DNA of 64,000 nt from an uncultured Spirochaetota bacterium (lineage in GTDB: Bacteria > Spirochaetota > Spirochaetia > SZUA-6 > Fen-1364), in the NCBI GenBank assembly GCA_963781885.1, contig CAWAHW010000002.1:896001-960000 (forward strand). The letters run 5' to 3'. Every line of letters starts with the position of its first letter. Positions within the stretch are counted from its first letter, which is position 1. A program made the translations under genes and the position numbers. Below the pieces are notes generated by a model. The model was not told the DNA's origin, made no database searches, and saw only the letters and a list, made by a program, of their open reading frames with translations. Below, one piece after another: positions 31,143 through 40,682 of the stretch.

Positions 31143-32048
31143 ATGTCAATCGCAAAGCCCTACAGACATTCGACTTTTGAGCAGGCAAAGATGCGGGCGG
31201 TGGTTCTTTTCCTCGCGCCGGCATTGATCATCCTGGTCGTCTTTTCCGTTGTTCCCACACTTGCCGCAGTTGTGCTGAGCTTCATGAAGTGGGACATGCT
31301 CAGCCCCATGAAGTTCAACGGGCTTCGCAACTATTCCCAGCTGCTGGGGGATACGCGCTTCACGGCATCACTGGTGAACACGATCTATTACGTCTGCGGC
31401 TTTGTGCCCTTGTCCGTCATCTTCTCGCTTTTCGTCGCGCTGCTCCTCAATGAAAAGTGGCTGCGCGGCAAGCAGGTCTTTCGCGTCCTCTTTTTCATTC
31501 CCGTGGTCGTCTCGCTCATCGCGGTGGGAATGATCTGGAAATGGATCTACAACCCCGCTTTTGGATTGTTGAACCAACTCCTCGCGCCACTGGGGATTTC
31601 GCGCCAGTTCTGGACGTTGGATCCCGCGCTGGCGATCCCGTCGCTCGTCGTCATGAGCACCTGGCAATGCTTCGGTTACAACGTGGTGATATTCCTGGCG
31701 GGCCTGCTGGCAATCCCCATGGAGCTCTACGAGGCCGCCGCCGTCGACGCGGCCAATGCCGGCCAGCGGTTCCGTCTCATCACCTTCCCGTTGCTCGCGC
31801 CGACCACGATCTTCGTCGTCATCATCTCGGTCATCTCCTCATTCCAGGTTTTTGACCAGATACTCATCCTGGGAGACGTCGGCACGCCTCCCAAGAGCCT
31901 CGTCGTTACGGTTTACTATCTCTATGAGATGGCCTTCGGCTCGTTCAAGATGGGGTATGGAGCCACCATCGGCATCGTCCTTTTCCTCTTCATTCTTGTC
32001 ATCTCGATCCTGCAATACCGGTTCTATGCGCAGAGGTTCGAGAAATGA
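31143..32048 (+). CDS. Carbohydrate ABC transporter permease
   Basis: FLAPAL, GLRNY, EAA loop LYEAAAVDAA, FQVFDQI. Confidence 0.93.
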   Translation: MSIAKPYRHSTFEQAKMRAVVLFLAPALIILVVFSVVPTLAAVVLSFMKWDMLSPMKFNGLRNYSQLLGDTRFTASLVNTIYYVCGFVPLSVIFSLFVALLLNEKWLRGKQVFRVLFFIPVVVSLIAVGMIWKWIYNPAFGLLNQLLAPLGISRQFWTLDPALAIPSLVVMSTWQCFGYNVVIFLAGLLAIPMELYEAAAVDAANAGQRFRLITFPLLAPTTIFVVIISVISSFQVFDQILILGDVGTPPKSLVVTVYYLYEMAFGSFKMGYGATIGIVLFLFILVISILQYRFYAQRFEK

Positions 32049-32897
32049 GCTCCGTCAAGGCCGCGCTGCCGCCCCGCGCCATTCTCGGAAGAACGATCGT
32101 CTACGTCTTTCTGATCGCGCTGTCCCTGGTGACACTGTTTCCATTTCTCTGGATGCTCAGCACGTCCCTGAAGACCGAGGGCCAGGCAATCGCGATGCCG
32201 CCGCAGCTGATGCCCCACCCGTTCCGTTTCCAGAACTACGTGGAGGCATGGAATCTGCTCCCCTTTGCCCGCTTCTACCTGAACACCGCCGTCATCTCCG
32301 TGGCGACTGCGGCCGGTGCGGTGCTTCTGAGCGCCCTTGCCGGCTGATGCGCTGGCCAAATACCGGTTCAGAGGGCAGCAGGCGCTCCTCATGTTCTTCA
32401 TCGCCACGATGATGGTTCCCTATTTCGTGAACCTTGTCCCGGTCTATGTCTTGCTGGCGAAGCTGAAATGGCTGGACACCTATCATGGGTTGATCGTGCC
32501 GCAGCTTGCGAAGCCTTTCGGGATCTTTCTGATGCGGCAGTATCTCGTGAGCATCCCCTCGGAGTATATCGAGGCTGGACGCATCGACGGCGCCTCCGAG
32601 TATCGCATCTTCGGGCGCATCGTCATGCCCCAGTGCCTGCCCGTCCTCGGCACGTTGACGCTCTTCTTCTTCGTCGGGACGTGGAACTCCTTCATGTGGC
32701 CCCTGATCGTCACCAACAGCATGAACATGCGGACGGTGACCGTGGGCCTTGCGATGCTTTCGGGAGGCAACAATCGGACGCAGTATGCCCTGCAGATGGC
32801 CGCGGCGACGGTGGGCATGATGCCCGCCATCATCGCCTTTCTCATATTCCAGCGATACCTGATCCAGGGGATCGCGTTGACCGGATTGAAAGGGTGA
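32045..32897 (+). CDS. Carbohydrate ABC transporter permease (apparent +1 frameshift near 32346)
   Basis: PFLWMLSTSLK in first frame; EAGRIDGASE, WNSFMWPLIV, FQRYLIQGI in second; removing one base restores AGYALAKY. Confidence 0.85.
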
Positions 32898-32901
32898 CCG
32901 C

Positions 32902-34038
32902 ATGAGCAATCTTGCCGACCTGTCGCGCCTCAGGAACTATCGATCAAAGAAGCTATCCACGTGGGACCAGACGGGGGGCAATCATGACTTCGTCGTGATC
33001 CCCGCCGGCGCGACGCATCGGCTGCCGGAGATCAAGGGCCCGGGGTGCGTCACCCACATCTGGATGACGGTGGCGTGTGAGGACCTCCTTTATCCGCGCA
33101 AGATGATCATCCGCGCCTACTGGGACGGTGAAGAAAACCCCAGCATCGAGAGCCCGCTCGGCGATTTTTTCGGCGTCGGCCACGGGCAGGTGACCAGCTT
33201 TGTTTCAGCGCCGCTTGCGATGGTCTCCGCCGAGCCTCCGCTGCACAACCGTGCGGCAATGAACTGCTTCTTTCCCATGCCCTTCGCCAGCTCCGCCCGT
33301 TTCGAGATCACCAATGAATGCAGCCGGGACGCCTGGGCGTTTTTCTATCACATCAGCTACGAATTGTACGACGCGCCGCTGGACGCCAATCAGGGGCGCT
33401 TTCACGCCCAGTGGCAGCGGGAAAACCCGTGCCAGGGCTGGGGTGATTTCGGGGTTGCCGATCCGTACCCGTCCTTCCGCACGCACACTGCTGCTGAGCC
33501 GCTGTGGGACACGCCGAATCTCGACGGGGCGGGCAACTACGTCATCCTGGATGCCGTGGGGCGCGGGCATTTTGTCGGCTGCAACCTCAGCGTGCACAAC
33601 ATCACCAACAAGAGCTACACGTGGTGGGGCGAGGGGGATGAGATGATCTTCATCGACGGCGAGCCCTTTCCCCCGTCGATCCATGGTACCGGCAGTGAAG
33701 ACTACTTCTGTTTTGCCTTCTGCCTGCCGGGCAAGCTCAGCACGCCCAATTTCGGCTGTTCCCTGTCCGGTGACCCTCGCAACATGACGGGCAAATGGAC
33801 CCTCTACCGTTATCACGTGGAATCCCCGATAAACTTCCAGCGCTCCATCCGCGTCACCATCGAGCACGGGCACGCGAACAATCGCTCGGACGACTATGCG
33901 AGCGTTGCGTACTGGTATCAGGCGGAGCCTCACCGTGCCTTCCCGCCGATCCTGCCGGTTGCACAGCGCCTGCCGCGGCCAGATCTGCCCCTTCAACTCC
34001 CCGACTGGGAACGGCGCGACCGGCCCATCATCGAGTAG
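32902..34038 (+). CDS. DUF2961 / glycoside hydrolase family 172 protein
   Basis: GPGCVTHIWMT, PLGDFFG, NCFFPMPF, WWGEGDEMIFIDGE, GTGSEDYF, TIEHGHAN. Confidence 0.9.
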   Translation: MSNLADLSRLRNYRSKKLSTWDQTGGNHDFVVIPAGATHRLPEIKGPGCVTHIWMTVACEDLLYPRKMIIRAYWDGEENPSIESPLGDFFGVGHGQVTSFVSAPLAMVSAEPPLHNRAAMNCFFPMPFASSARFEITNECSRDAWAFFYHISYELYDAPLDANQGRFHAQWQRENPCQGWGDFGVADPYPSFRTHTAAEPLWDTPNLDGAGNYVILDAVGRGHFVGCNLSVHNITNKSYTWWGEGDEMIFIDGEPFPPSIHGTGSEDYFCFAFCLPGKLSTPNFGCSLSGDPRNMTGKWTLYRYHVESPINFQRSIRVTIEHGHANNRSDDYASVAYWYQAEPHRAFPPILPVAQRLPRPDLPLQLPDWERRDRPIIE

Positions 34039-34041
34039 GCC

Positions 34042-35038
34042 GTGGCCGCCGGCGAGACGATCATGTACCACGAGCCCGGGACGACGCGACGCTTCTGGAT
34101 CGATACCGACACGGCATCTGACGACGCGGTGGCCATTCTCATGGCTCTGCGCTGGCCGGGCGTGCGGGTGGAAGGAATCAGCATTGTTGCCGGCAACGTC
34201 CCGGTGGAACAGGGAAGCATCAACGCCCGCTACACCGTGGAGTTGTGCGGCGCCGATGTACCCGTTCATGAAGGGCTGCACAAGCCGCTCGTGCGGCCGG
34301 CGCGTGATGCGCGCAGCTTCCATGGCTCCGACGGCATGGGGGAGATGCATTATCCGCCGCCGTCGCGCCCGGCGTCCGGCACAGACGCCGTGTCGGCGCT
34401 GCTGTCTGCCTTCGAGCAGACCCCCGGCGCAACTGACGCTGGTGACGTTGGGGCCTCTCACCAATATTGCGACGGCTCTCTGCCTTGAGCCGCGGCTGGC
34501 GCTATGGGTGAAACATTGCGTCGTCATGGGTGGTGCGGCCTGCACGGTGGGAAACGTCACCCCGGCCGCAGAATACAACGTGTGGTGCGATCCCGAGGCG
34601 GCGCATGTCGTCTTTCACTCCGGAATGCCCATCCTGATGGTCGGGTGGGAGATGTGCCGCGGGGAAGCGAACGTCATGGACGCCGACATTTCCTCCCTGC
34701 GGGCACTTCGCTCGCCGTACGCCGATTTCGCCCTTGACTGCAACCGCAGTATCTATGCGGGCAACCGCGCCAAGTACCACGACGCCGGCATCCCGCTCCC
34801 CGATCCGGTGACCATGGCCGTTGCTCTGGACCCTTCCATTTGCGTCCGCAGGAGCTCGTGCTTCGTCGAGGTGTCTCTTGACCAGGACCTGACCCGCGGC
34901 ATGACGGTCGTCGATCAGCTTGGCGTGCTGAAGCGCCCGGCAAACCTGGACGTGTGCTGGGAGATCGATGTCGCGCGGTGGAAAAGAGCGCTCGCCGCGG
35001 CGCTGAACGCGGGGAGCGTCGTCCCCCCGGGCCGTTAG
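34042..35038 (+). CDS. Nucleoside hydrolase, IU-NH family (apparent +1 frameshift near 34428)
   Basis: IDTDTASDDAVA, HGSDGMG, LGPLTNIA, GNVTPAAEYNVWCDPEAA, LPDP. Confidence 0.88.
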
Positions 35039-35070
35039 GGCGCCCGCCGCCGCGTCCGCGTAGCAGCGAT

Positions 35071-35132
35071 TACAATATATTTGAAAAAATAAAATAAATT
35101 GTATTGACAGCGATCCGCCGTTGGAATAGTGT
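35071..35132 (+). promoter_or_regulatory. tnaA promoter with conserved 39-bp box
   Basis: TACAATATATTTGAAAAAATAAAATAAATTGTATTGACA then 17 bp then TAGTGT. Confidence 0.75.
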
Positions 35133-35201
35133 GCGTGTCGGCCGAAAGGCTCGCCGGCGGGGCGCGGTCCGGGAGGAGGGTGCACCGTGACAGGAGCAGT
35201 G

Positions 35202-36578
35202 ATGACCATGAGAGCCGAACCGTACAAGATCAAGATGGTCGAGTCTATCAGCCAGATCCCCGCCGGGGAGAGACGGAGGAAGATCGCGGAGGCAGGGTAT
35301 AACGTGTTTGCCTTGAAGGCGGAGGACGTTTACATCGACCTGCTGACCGACAGCGGGACGGGCGCAATGAGCGACGCGCAGTGGGCGGCCATGATGCGGG
35401 GCGACGAGGCCTATGCCGGAAGCAAGAGCTACTTTCATCTGCACGACAGTTGCCGCGAAATCACCGGCTACCCGTTCATGGTGCCCACGCATCAGGGTAG
35501 GGGGGCGGAGAATGTCCTGTTCCCCCTCCTGATCGCGCGGGGCCAGTATGTTCCCGGCAATATGCATTTCGACACCACCATGGCGCACATCGAGCGCTGC
35601 GGCGGCATACCGGTCAACTTCGTCGTGCAGGAGGCCTTCGACACGACGACATACCATCCTTTCAAAGGCAATATCGACGTTGAGAAGCTGGAGAAGTTCA
35701 TCGTGGAGAAGGGCGCGCACCGCTGCGCGTTCATCCTCGTGACCGTGACCTGCAACAGCGCGGGCGGGCAACCCGTGTCGATGCAGAATCTCCGCGCCGT
35801 CAGGAAGCTCGCGGAGAAGCACGGCATCAGGCTCTTCATGGACGCCGCCCGGTTCGCGGAGAACGCTTATTTCATACGGCAGCGGGAGGAAGGTTTTCAG
35901 GACAAGAGCATCGGGGAAATCGTCCGCGAGATGTTCGCCTGCGTCGAAGGCTACACCATGAGCGCCAAGAAGGACGGCCTTGTGAACATTGGCGGGATGA
36001 TCGGTATCCGGGAAGACCGGGAACTGTTCGAGCTTGTGCGATCGAGCCTCGTGCCCGTCGAAGGCTTTCCCACGTACGGAGGCCTGGCCGGTCGCGACAT
36101 GGAGGCCCTGGCAGTCGGCTTGCGCGAAGTCGTGGATGAGCAGTACCTGGAATCGAGGATCGGGCAGGTCGAGCTCCTGGGAAAGCGGCTGCAGGAGGCG
36201 GGGATTCCCATCCAATGCCCGGTGGGCGGGCATGCGGTATTCGTTGATGCGAAGAAGTTCCTGCCCCACATTCCCTATCATCAGTTTCCCGCCCAGGCCC
36301 TTGTCGTGGAGGTGTACCTGGAAGCGGGAGTGCGCGCAGTGGAGGTGGGCTCTTTTCTCCTGGGCAGGGACCCGCTCAGCGGTTCCCAGCTAGAGTCACC
36401 GCTGGAGCTCGCGCGGTTGACCATTCCGCGGCGCGTCTATACCGACAATCACCTTGGCGTCGTTGCCGACGCGCTCGTGAATATCTACAAGCGCCGCGCG
36501 CAGATCAAGGGCCTGCGGATCACGCATGAGCCCAAAGTCCTGCGCCACTTCACCGCCTGCCTTGCGCCGGTGGAGTAA
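35202..36578 (+). CDS. tnaA: Tryptophanase (PLP beta-eliminating lyase)
   Basis: [22 protein letters not shown] (PLP Lys), LRHFTA (tyrosine phenol-lyase has SGKKD and LRFFTA); start 35187-35208. Confidence 0.9.
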   Translation: MTMRAEPYKIKMVESISQIPAGERRRKIAEAGYNVFALKAEDVYIDLLTDSGTGAMSDAQWAAMMRGDEAYAGSKSYFHLHDSCREITGYPFMVPTHQGRGAENVLFPLLIARGQYVPGNMHFDTTMAHIERCGGIPVNFVVQEAFDTTTYHPFKGNIDVEKLEKFIVEKGAHRCAFILVTVTCNSAGGQPVSMQNLRAVRKLAEKHGIRLFMDAARFAENAYFIRQREEGFQDKSIGEIVREMFACVEGYTMSAKKDGLVNIGGMIGIREDRELFELVRSSLVPVEGFPTYGGLAGRDMEALAVGLREVVDEQYLESRIGQVELLGKRLQEAGIPIQCPVGGHAVFVDAKKFLPHIPYHQFPAQALVVEVYLEAGVRAVEVGSFLLGRDPLSGSQLESPLELARLTIPRRVYTDNHLGVVADALVNIYKRRAQIKGLRITHEPKVLRHFTACLAPVE

Positions 36579-36657
36579 GGGACGTCCGCCGCAGACGGCG
36601 CGGGGCGTGTCCGCCGATGCCTCACGACACTTTGAGCGCATGGCTGCCGGTCTTCCG

Positions 36658-37650
36658 CTACTCCCGGAGGTAGCTTTCGACAATCTCCTCGTACTCGCCG
36701 ATGCTTTCCGCCTGGACGACGCTCTGGCGGAGCAGGGAGCCGCCCTCCATCCCCTTCGTGTAGGCCACGAAATGCTTCCGCATGTCGCGGCAGGCCTTCA
36801 GCTCGCCCACCGATTCCGCGAGCAGCCGCAGATGCTGCATGGCCGTGGAGAGGCGCTCCCCGGCGTCGAGGCGCGCGGCGACGCCGCTTCCCGACAGAAG
36901 CTCGATCGTCTGGGCGAAGATGAAGGGGTTGCCCAGGCAGCCGCGCGCGAGCATCACCCCGTCGCAGCCGGTGCGTCTCAGCATGTCGGCGCAATTGCCG
37001 GCCGTGAAAAGATCGCCGGACCCGAAGACGGGAACCGCCGCCGCCTGCTTGAGCGCGCGGATGTGCTCCCACTGTGCGGTGCCGGAGAATGCCTGGGCGC
37101 GCGTGCGCGGATGCAGGGTCACCAGCGAGGCGCCTGCCCGGATCGCGGCGTCTGCGCATGCAAGGTAGGTGAGGGAGGACGAGGTGTCGCCGAGACGAAG
37201 CTTCACCGACAGCGGCAGGTCCGTCTCCGATCTCATCGCGGCGACGATGGACCCGATCAGCGACGGGCTGCGCATCAACGCGGCTCCGCAGTCGGCCTTC
37301 AGGACCTTGGGGACCGAGCATCCGCAGTTCAGGTCGATGATCGCGGGCCCGAGGGGGACGATCCTGCGCACCGCCGCGGCGGCCGTGGTCGGCGCCGACG
37401 CGAAGAGCTGGAAGCCGGTCAGTTTCTCGTTGGGCGCCGTGCGCAGCAGGCGGAGCGTCGTGGCATTGTTCCGCGCCAGCGCGTCGGCGGATACCATCTC
37501 GGTGAAGCAGAGACTGGCGCCGTGACGCACGCAGACCGAGCGGAATGCGGCATCCGTGTACCCTGCCATGGGCGCAAGCCACACGTTGCCGGGCACGTCG
37601 AGTGAGGAGACGCGGACCGGGTGGTAGGGGCCCGGATCAGGACAGTCCAA
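36658..37650 (-). CDS. dusB: tRNA dihydrouridine synthase
   Basis: LAPMAGYTD, TEMVSA, IDLNCGC, HPRT, GVMLARG; start uncertain. Confidence 0.9.
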   Translation of the reverse strand: MDCPDPGPYHPVRVSSLDVPGNVWLAPMAGYTDAAFRSVCVRHGASLCFTEMVSADALARNNATTLRLLRTAPNEKLTGFQLFASAPTTAAAAVRRIVPLGPAIIDLNCGCSVPKVLKADCGAALMRSPSLIGSIVAAMRSETDLPLSVKLRLGDTSSSLTYLACADAAIRAGASLVTLHPRTRAQAFSGTAQWEHIRALKQAAAVPVFGSGDLFTAGNCADMLRRTGCDGVMLARGCLGNPFIFAQTIELLSGSGVAARLDAGERLSTAMQHLRLLAESVGELKACRDMRKHFVAYTKGMEGGSLLRQSVVQAESIGEYEEIVESYLRE

Positions 37651-38407
37651 AGACGGTGAGGCTGTTGGCGTACAGGGTCTCGGTCAGCCCTTCCACGGGG
37701 ACTTCCCGCAGCTGGGCGATGAAAGCGGCCGTTTCGTTGATGTAGGACGGCTTGTTGCGCTTGCCGCGGTGGATGGCAGGCACCATGAAGGGAGCTTCGG
37801 ATTCGATGAGCATCCTTTCGACCGGGATCTTTTTCGCCGTGTCCTGGAGATTGCGCGCGTTGCGGTAGGTGACATTGCCGGCGAATGAAATCCACAGATT
37901 CAGGTCCAACGCCTTGCGCGCGTACTCGTAGTCCTCCGAGTAGCAATGGAGAATGCCGCCCCGGCGCGGCAGCCTCTCACGGAGTATCTCCAGCACGTCC
38001 GAGCCTGCGTCGCGATTGTGGATGATGACGGGCAGGTTGAGCTTCTCCGCGAGCTCCAGCTGCCGGATGAAGAGCTCCACCTGCGAGTCCCGATCGCCGA
38101 ACTTCCGATAATAATCGAGACCGATTTCTCCGATGGCAACGACGCGCTCCAGCTTCGTGCCGTCCATGATTTTCGCTTCCCAGTCGTCGCCCGGCTGCTC
38201 CACGGAGGAGGGGGAAACGCCGATGCTATGATAGATCTGCGTCTCGGTTTTCAGGTTTTCGTAGAGTTGCGCAAAGTCGACGAGGTTATTCGAGACCGTG
38301 ACGAGGTGCTGCACCCCTTCCTGACGGGCTTCCTGCACGACAATGAGTTGGTCGATAAGGTCCTCGGTGATAAGACCTATGTGTGCGTGCGTATCGAAAT
38401 AGCGCAT
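37637..38407 (-). CDS. tatD: TatD family hydrolase
   Basis: DTHAH, AIGEIGLDYY, IIHNRDA, ILHCYS. Confidence 0.92.
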   Translation of the reverse strand: MRYFDTHAHIGLITEDLIDQLIVVQEARQEGVQHLVTVSNNLVDFAQLYENLKTETQIYHSIGVSPSSVEQPGDDWEAKIMDGTKLERVVAIGEIGLDYYRKFGDRDSQVELFIRQLELAEKLNLPVIIHNRDAGSDVLEILRERLPRRGGILHCYSEDYEYARKALDLNLWISFAGNVTYRNARNLQDTAKKIPVERMLIESEAPFMVPAIHRGKRNKPSYINETAAFIAQLREVPVEGLTETLYANSLTVFGLS

Positions 38408-38466
38408 ACATCTCCGTCACGAAGCGTTTTCGAAAGAGTTCGTTTCTCATCTCTCGATTTCCGCAA

Positions 38467-38608
38467 AGAATATCACGTTGAGAGTGGCAAGTCAAATTTA
38501 TTGTTTCCGGCGCTTTCTGCCGCTCCGGGGACGTTTTTTCCCCCGCGGAGACCTTCCCGGCGACGAATTCCAACACCCTTTGACAAAAATCCCGCCCTGT
38601 GGTATTGT
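38467..38608. promoter_or_regulatory. Divergent promoters for tatD and the M23 operon
   Basis: Minus: TTGACT-17-TATTCT (38495-38467); plus: TTGACA-17-TATTGT (38580-38608). Confidence 0.6.
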
Positions 38609-38665
38609 TCGACGGTTTCGCTTATACTATCTGACTGAGATCATCGCCTAGGGAAGGAAGACGCC

Positions 38666-39721
38666 TTGCCTGTCACGCAATACAAGAAGGCCGAGAAGGA
38701 AGTTGCCGACAGAATAGGTAACTGGTTCAGGCGCATCTGGCTCGGCATCGGCAACTTTTTCAAATATATCATGGTGAAGGGGAAGCAACGGTTCACCGTC
38801 ATGCTGATCCCCCACTCGGAAAAGAAGATCTTCAATTTCCAGATCTCCTTCTTTACGTTCATATTCGTCACCGCGGCGCTCAGCATCATCCTTGTAAGCT
38901 TCTTCCTTTTGTCCACGCACTTCACCTATACCAATGAGCAGAACGTCAAGCTCACACAGGAACGGGATTCGCTGGAAAAGACGCTCACAAGCCTCAAGGA
39001 CGAGGTGGCGCTCATCCGGACCGCGGGCAAGCATTTTAAGGACAGCATCGACGGCGCCATTGCGGCAAGCCAGAACCTCGACACCGGGACGCCCGTCACG
39101 GCGACCACCGTCGCGTCGAATTTCACAAGCTTCCCGGAGGACTCCTCCAACTCCGCGGAGGACACGCGGGAGCTTTCCGACCTGAAGACGCTCACGGGCC
39201 TCCTGGGCAGCTCCACCGATGCGCTGGACAGCATCACGAAGGTGATGACGGCGTTCCGCGACCTGATGGCCAATACCCCGACGGGCTGGCCGATCAAAGG
39301 CGCAAAAGGGATCGTCACGACCCGTTTCGGCTGGACCACCAATCCGTTCACGGGTCTGGGGTACATGCACATGGGGGTGGACCTTGCCTGGGCGCTGGGG
39401 ACGCCCATCCTCGCCACGGCGGACGGCACCGTGGAGCAGACGAACTACAGCGACGACCTGGGCAACTACGTCACCATCCGCCACAAGTACGGCTTTTACA
39501 CCCGTTATGCGCACATGAGCGCCTTCGCCGGCAAGCGCAAGGGGGACCACGTGAGCCGCGGAGACGTCATCGGCTACATCGGCGTGACCGGCCTCACAAC
39601 GGGCCCGCACGTGCACTACGAGGTGCGTCTGGGCTCCGCCTACATCAACCCCATGGAGTTCCTCTCCATCGCGCCGGAGAACGCGCCCACCATCAGCGTC
39701 GGCGAGAGGAGCAGCGATTGA
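38666..39721 (+). CDS. M23 family metallopeptidase
   Basis: TM, coiled coil, HMGVD, YAHM, TGPHVHYEV. Confidence 0.92.
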   Translation: MPVTQYKKAEKEVADRIGNWFRRIWLGIGNFFKYIMVKGKQRFTVMLIPHSEKKIFNFQISFFTFIFVTAALSIILVSFFLLSTHFTYTNEQNVKLTQERDSLEKTLTSLKDEVALIRTAGKHFKDSIDGAIAASQNLDTGTPVTATTVASNFTSFPEDSSNSAEDTRELSDLKTLTGLLGSSTDALDSITKVMTAFRDLMANTPTGWPIKGAKGIVTTRFGWTTNPFTGLGYMHMGVDLAWALGTPILATADGTVEQTNYSDDLGNYVTIRHKYGFYTRYAHMSAFAGKRKGDHVSRGDVIGYIGVTGLTTGPHVHYEVRLGSAYINPMEFLSIAPENAPTISVGERSSD

Positions 39722-40158
39722 GCGATACGCACGTCACCGACGATGCATTCATAAACTCGATCATTGGCGAAGGCACGCGATTCAAGGGCGAGTTCGATCT
39801 CAACGGCCTCCTGCGCATCGATGGCGACTTCACGGGCACCATCCGCACGAAAGGCAAGGTGCTCGTCGGCAAGAACGGACGGGCGGAATGCACGATGAAC
39901 GCCGGCACCGTCGTGGTGGGAGGCGTCATCCGCGGTGAGATCGTCTCCACGGAGAAGGTCATCATCCTTTCCACCGGTCTCGTTCTGGGCAACATCACCA
40001 CACCGCGCCTCATCATCGAGGAAGGCGTCATTTTCAACGGCTCCTGCCGGGTGACGACCCCCCCGGAGCAGCCCCCCCGCGCCGCGGCAGTGAACGGACA
40101 GAAGCCCGTGACGGCCCCGCAGAGGGAGGCCGTGGCTCTCCAGGCGCAGAAGCACTGA
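39718..40158 (+). CDS. Bactofilin (polymer-forming cytoskeletal protein)
   Basis: SIIGEGTRFKGEF...LRIDGDFTG...IEEGVIFNGSC. Confidence 0.92.
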   Translation: MSDTHVTDDAFINSIIGEGTRFKGEFDLNGLLRIDGDFTGTIRTKGKVLVGKNGRAECTMNAGTVVVGGVIRGEIVSTEKVIILSTGLVLGNITTPRLIIEEGVIFNGSCRVTTPPEQPPRAAAVNGQKPVTAPQREAVALQAQKH

Positions 40159-40174
40159 AGAGCCCGCCGGGCAC

Positions 40175-40660
40175 ATGGCGCGCATCGATTCCCTGGGAGA
40201 ATCGTACCAGTATCCCGTCCCCGACAGAAAGAAGACCGGCCGCAAGGAGAAGGCGACGCGCCGCGGTTTCTCCGATCTCGTCGAATCCGCCGCGGAATCG
40301 GGGGAGGCTTCCACCGACGACTTTTCCGAGGGCAACCGGCGCCGCGGAATCGAGGAGATGCTGGACGCGGTGTTCGCCGCGGGCGACGCGCTGAAGAAAT
40401 CCCCCACCCTGGAATCCATCAAGGACTACCGGCAGAAGGTGAAGGATTTCGTGACGTACGCGGTGCGTCACAGCATCGCGGTGGAGGAGACGACCTCGGG
40501 CGCCAACATCCTCAAGCGGAAGCGCTTCACGCTCGTGAAGGTGATCGACGAGAAGCTGGAGGCGCTTGCGGCATCGGTCCTGGCCGCGCAGACGGAGCAG
40601 CTGGCGCTCCTGGCGCAGATCGACGAAATCAACGGCCTGCTCGTGAACCTCATGTCATGA
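40175..40660 (+). CDS. YaaR/DUF327 family protein
   Basis: GDALKKSPT...YRQKVKDF...IDEKLEALA...IDEINGLLVNL. Confidence 0.85.
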   Translation: MARIDSLGESYQYPVPDRKKTGRKEKATRRGFSDLVESAAESGEASTDDFSEGNRRRGIEEMLDAVFAAGDALKKSPTLESIKDYRQKVKDFVTYAVRHSIAVEETTSGANILKRKRFTLVKVIDEKLEALAASVLAAQTEQLALLAQIDEINGLLVNLMS

Positions 40661-40682
40661 GCGGCCCCTCAGGGAGCATGGT

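Noticed and set aside
35202-36578. Tyrosine phenol-lyase assignment
   Set aside because: SAKKD and LRHFTA match tryptophanase rather than TPL
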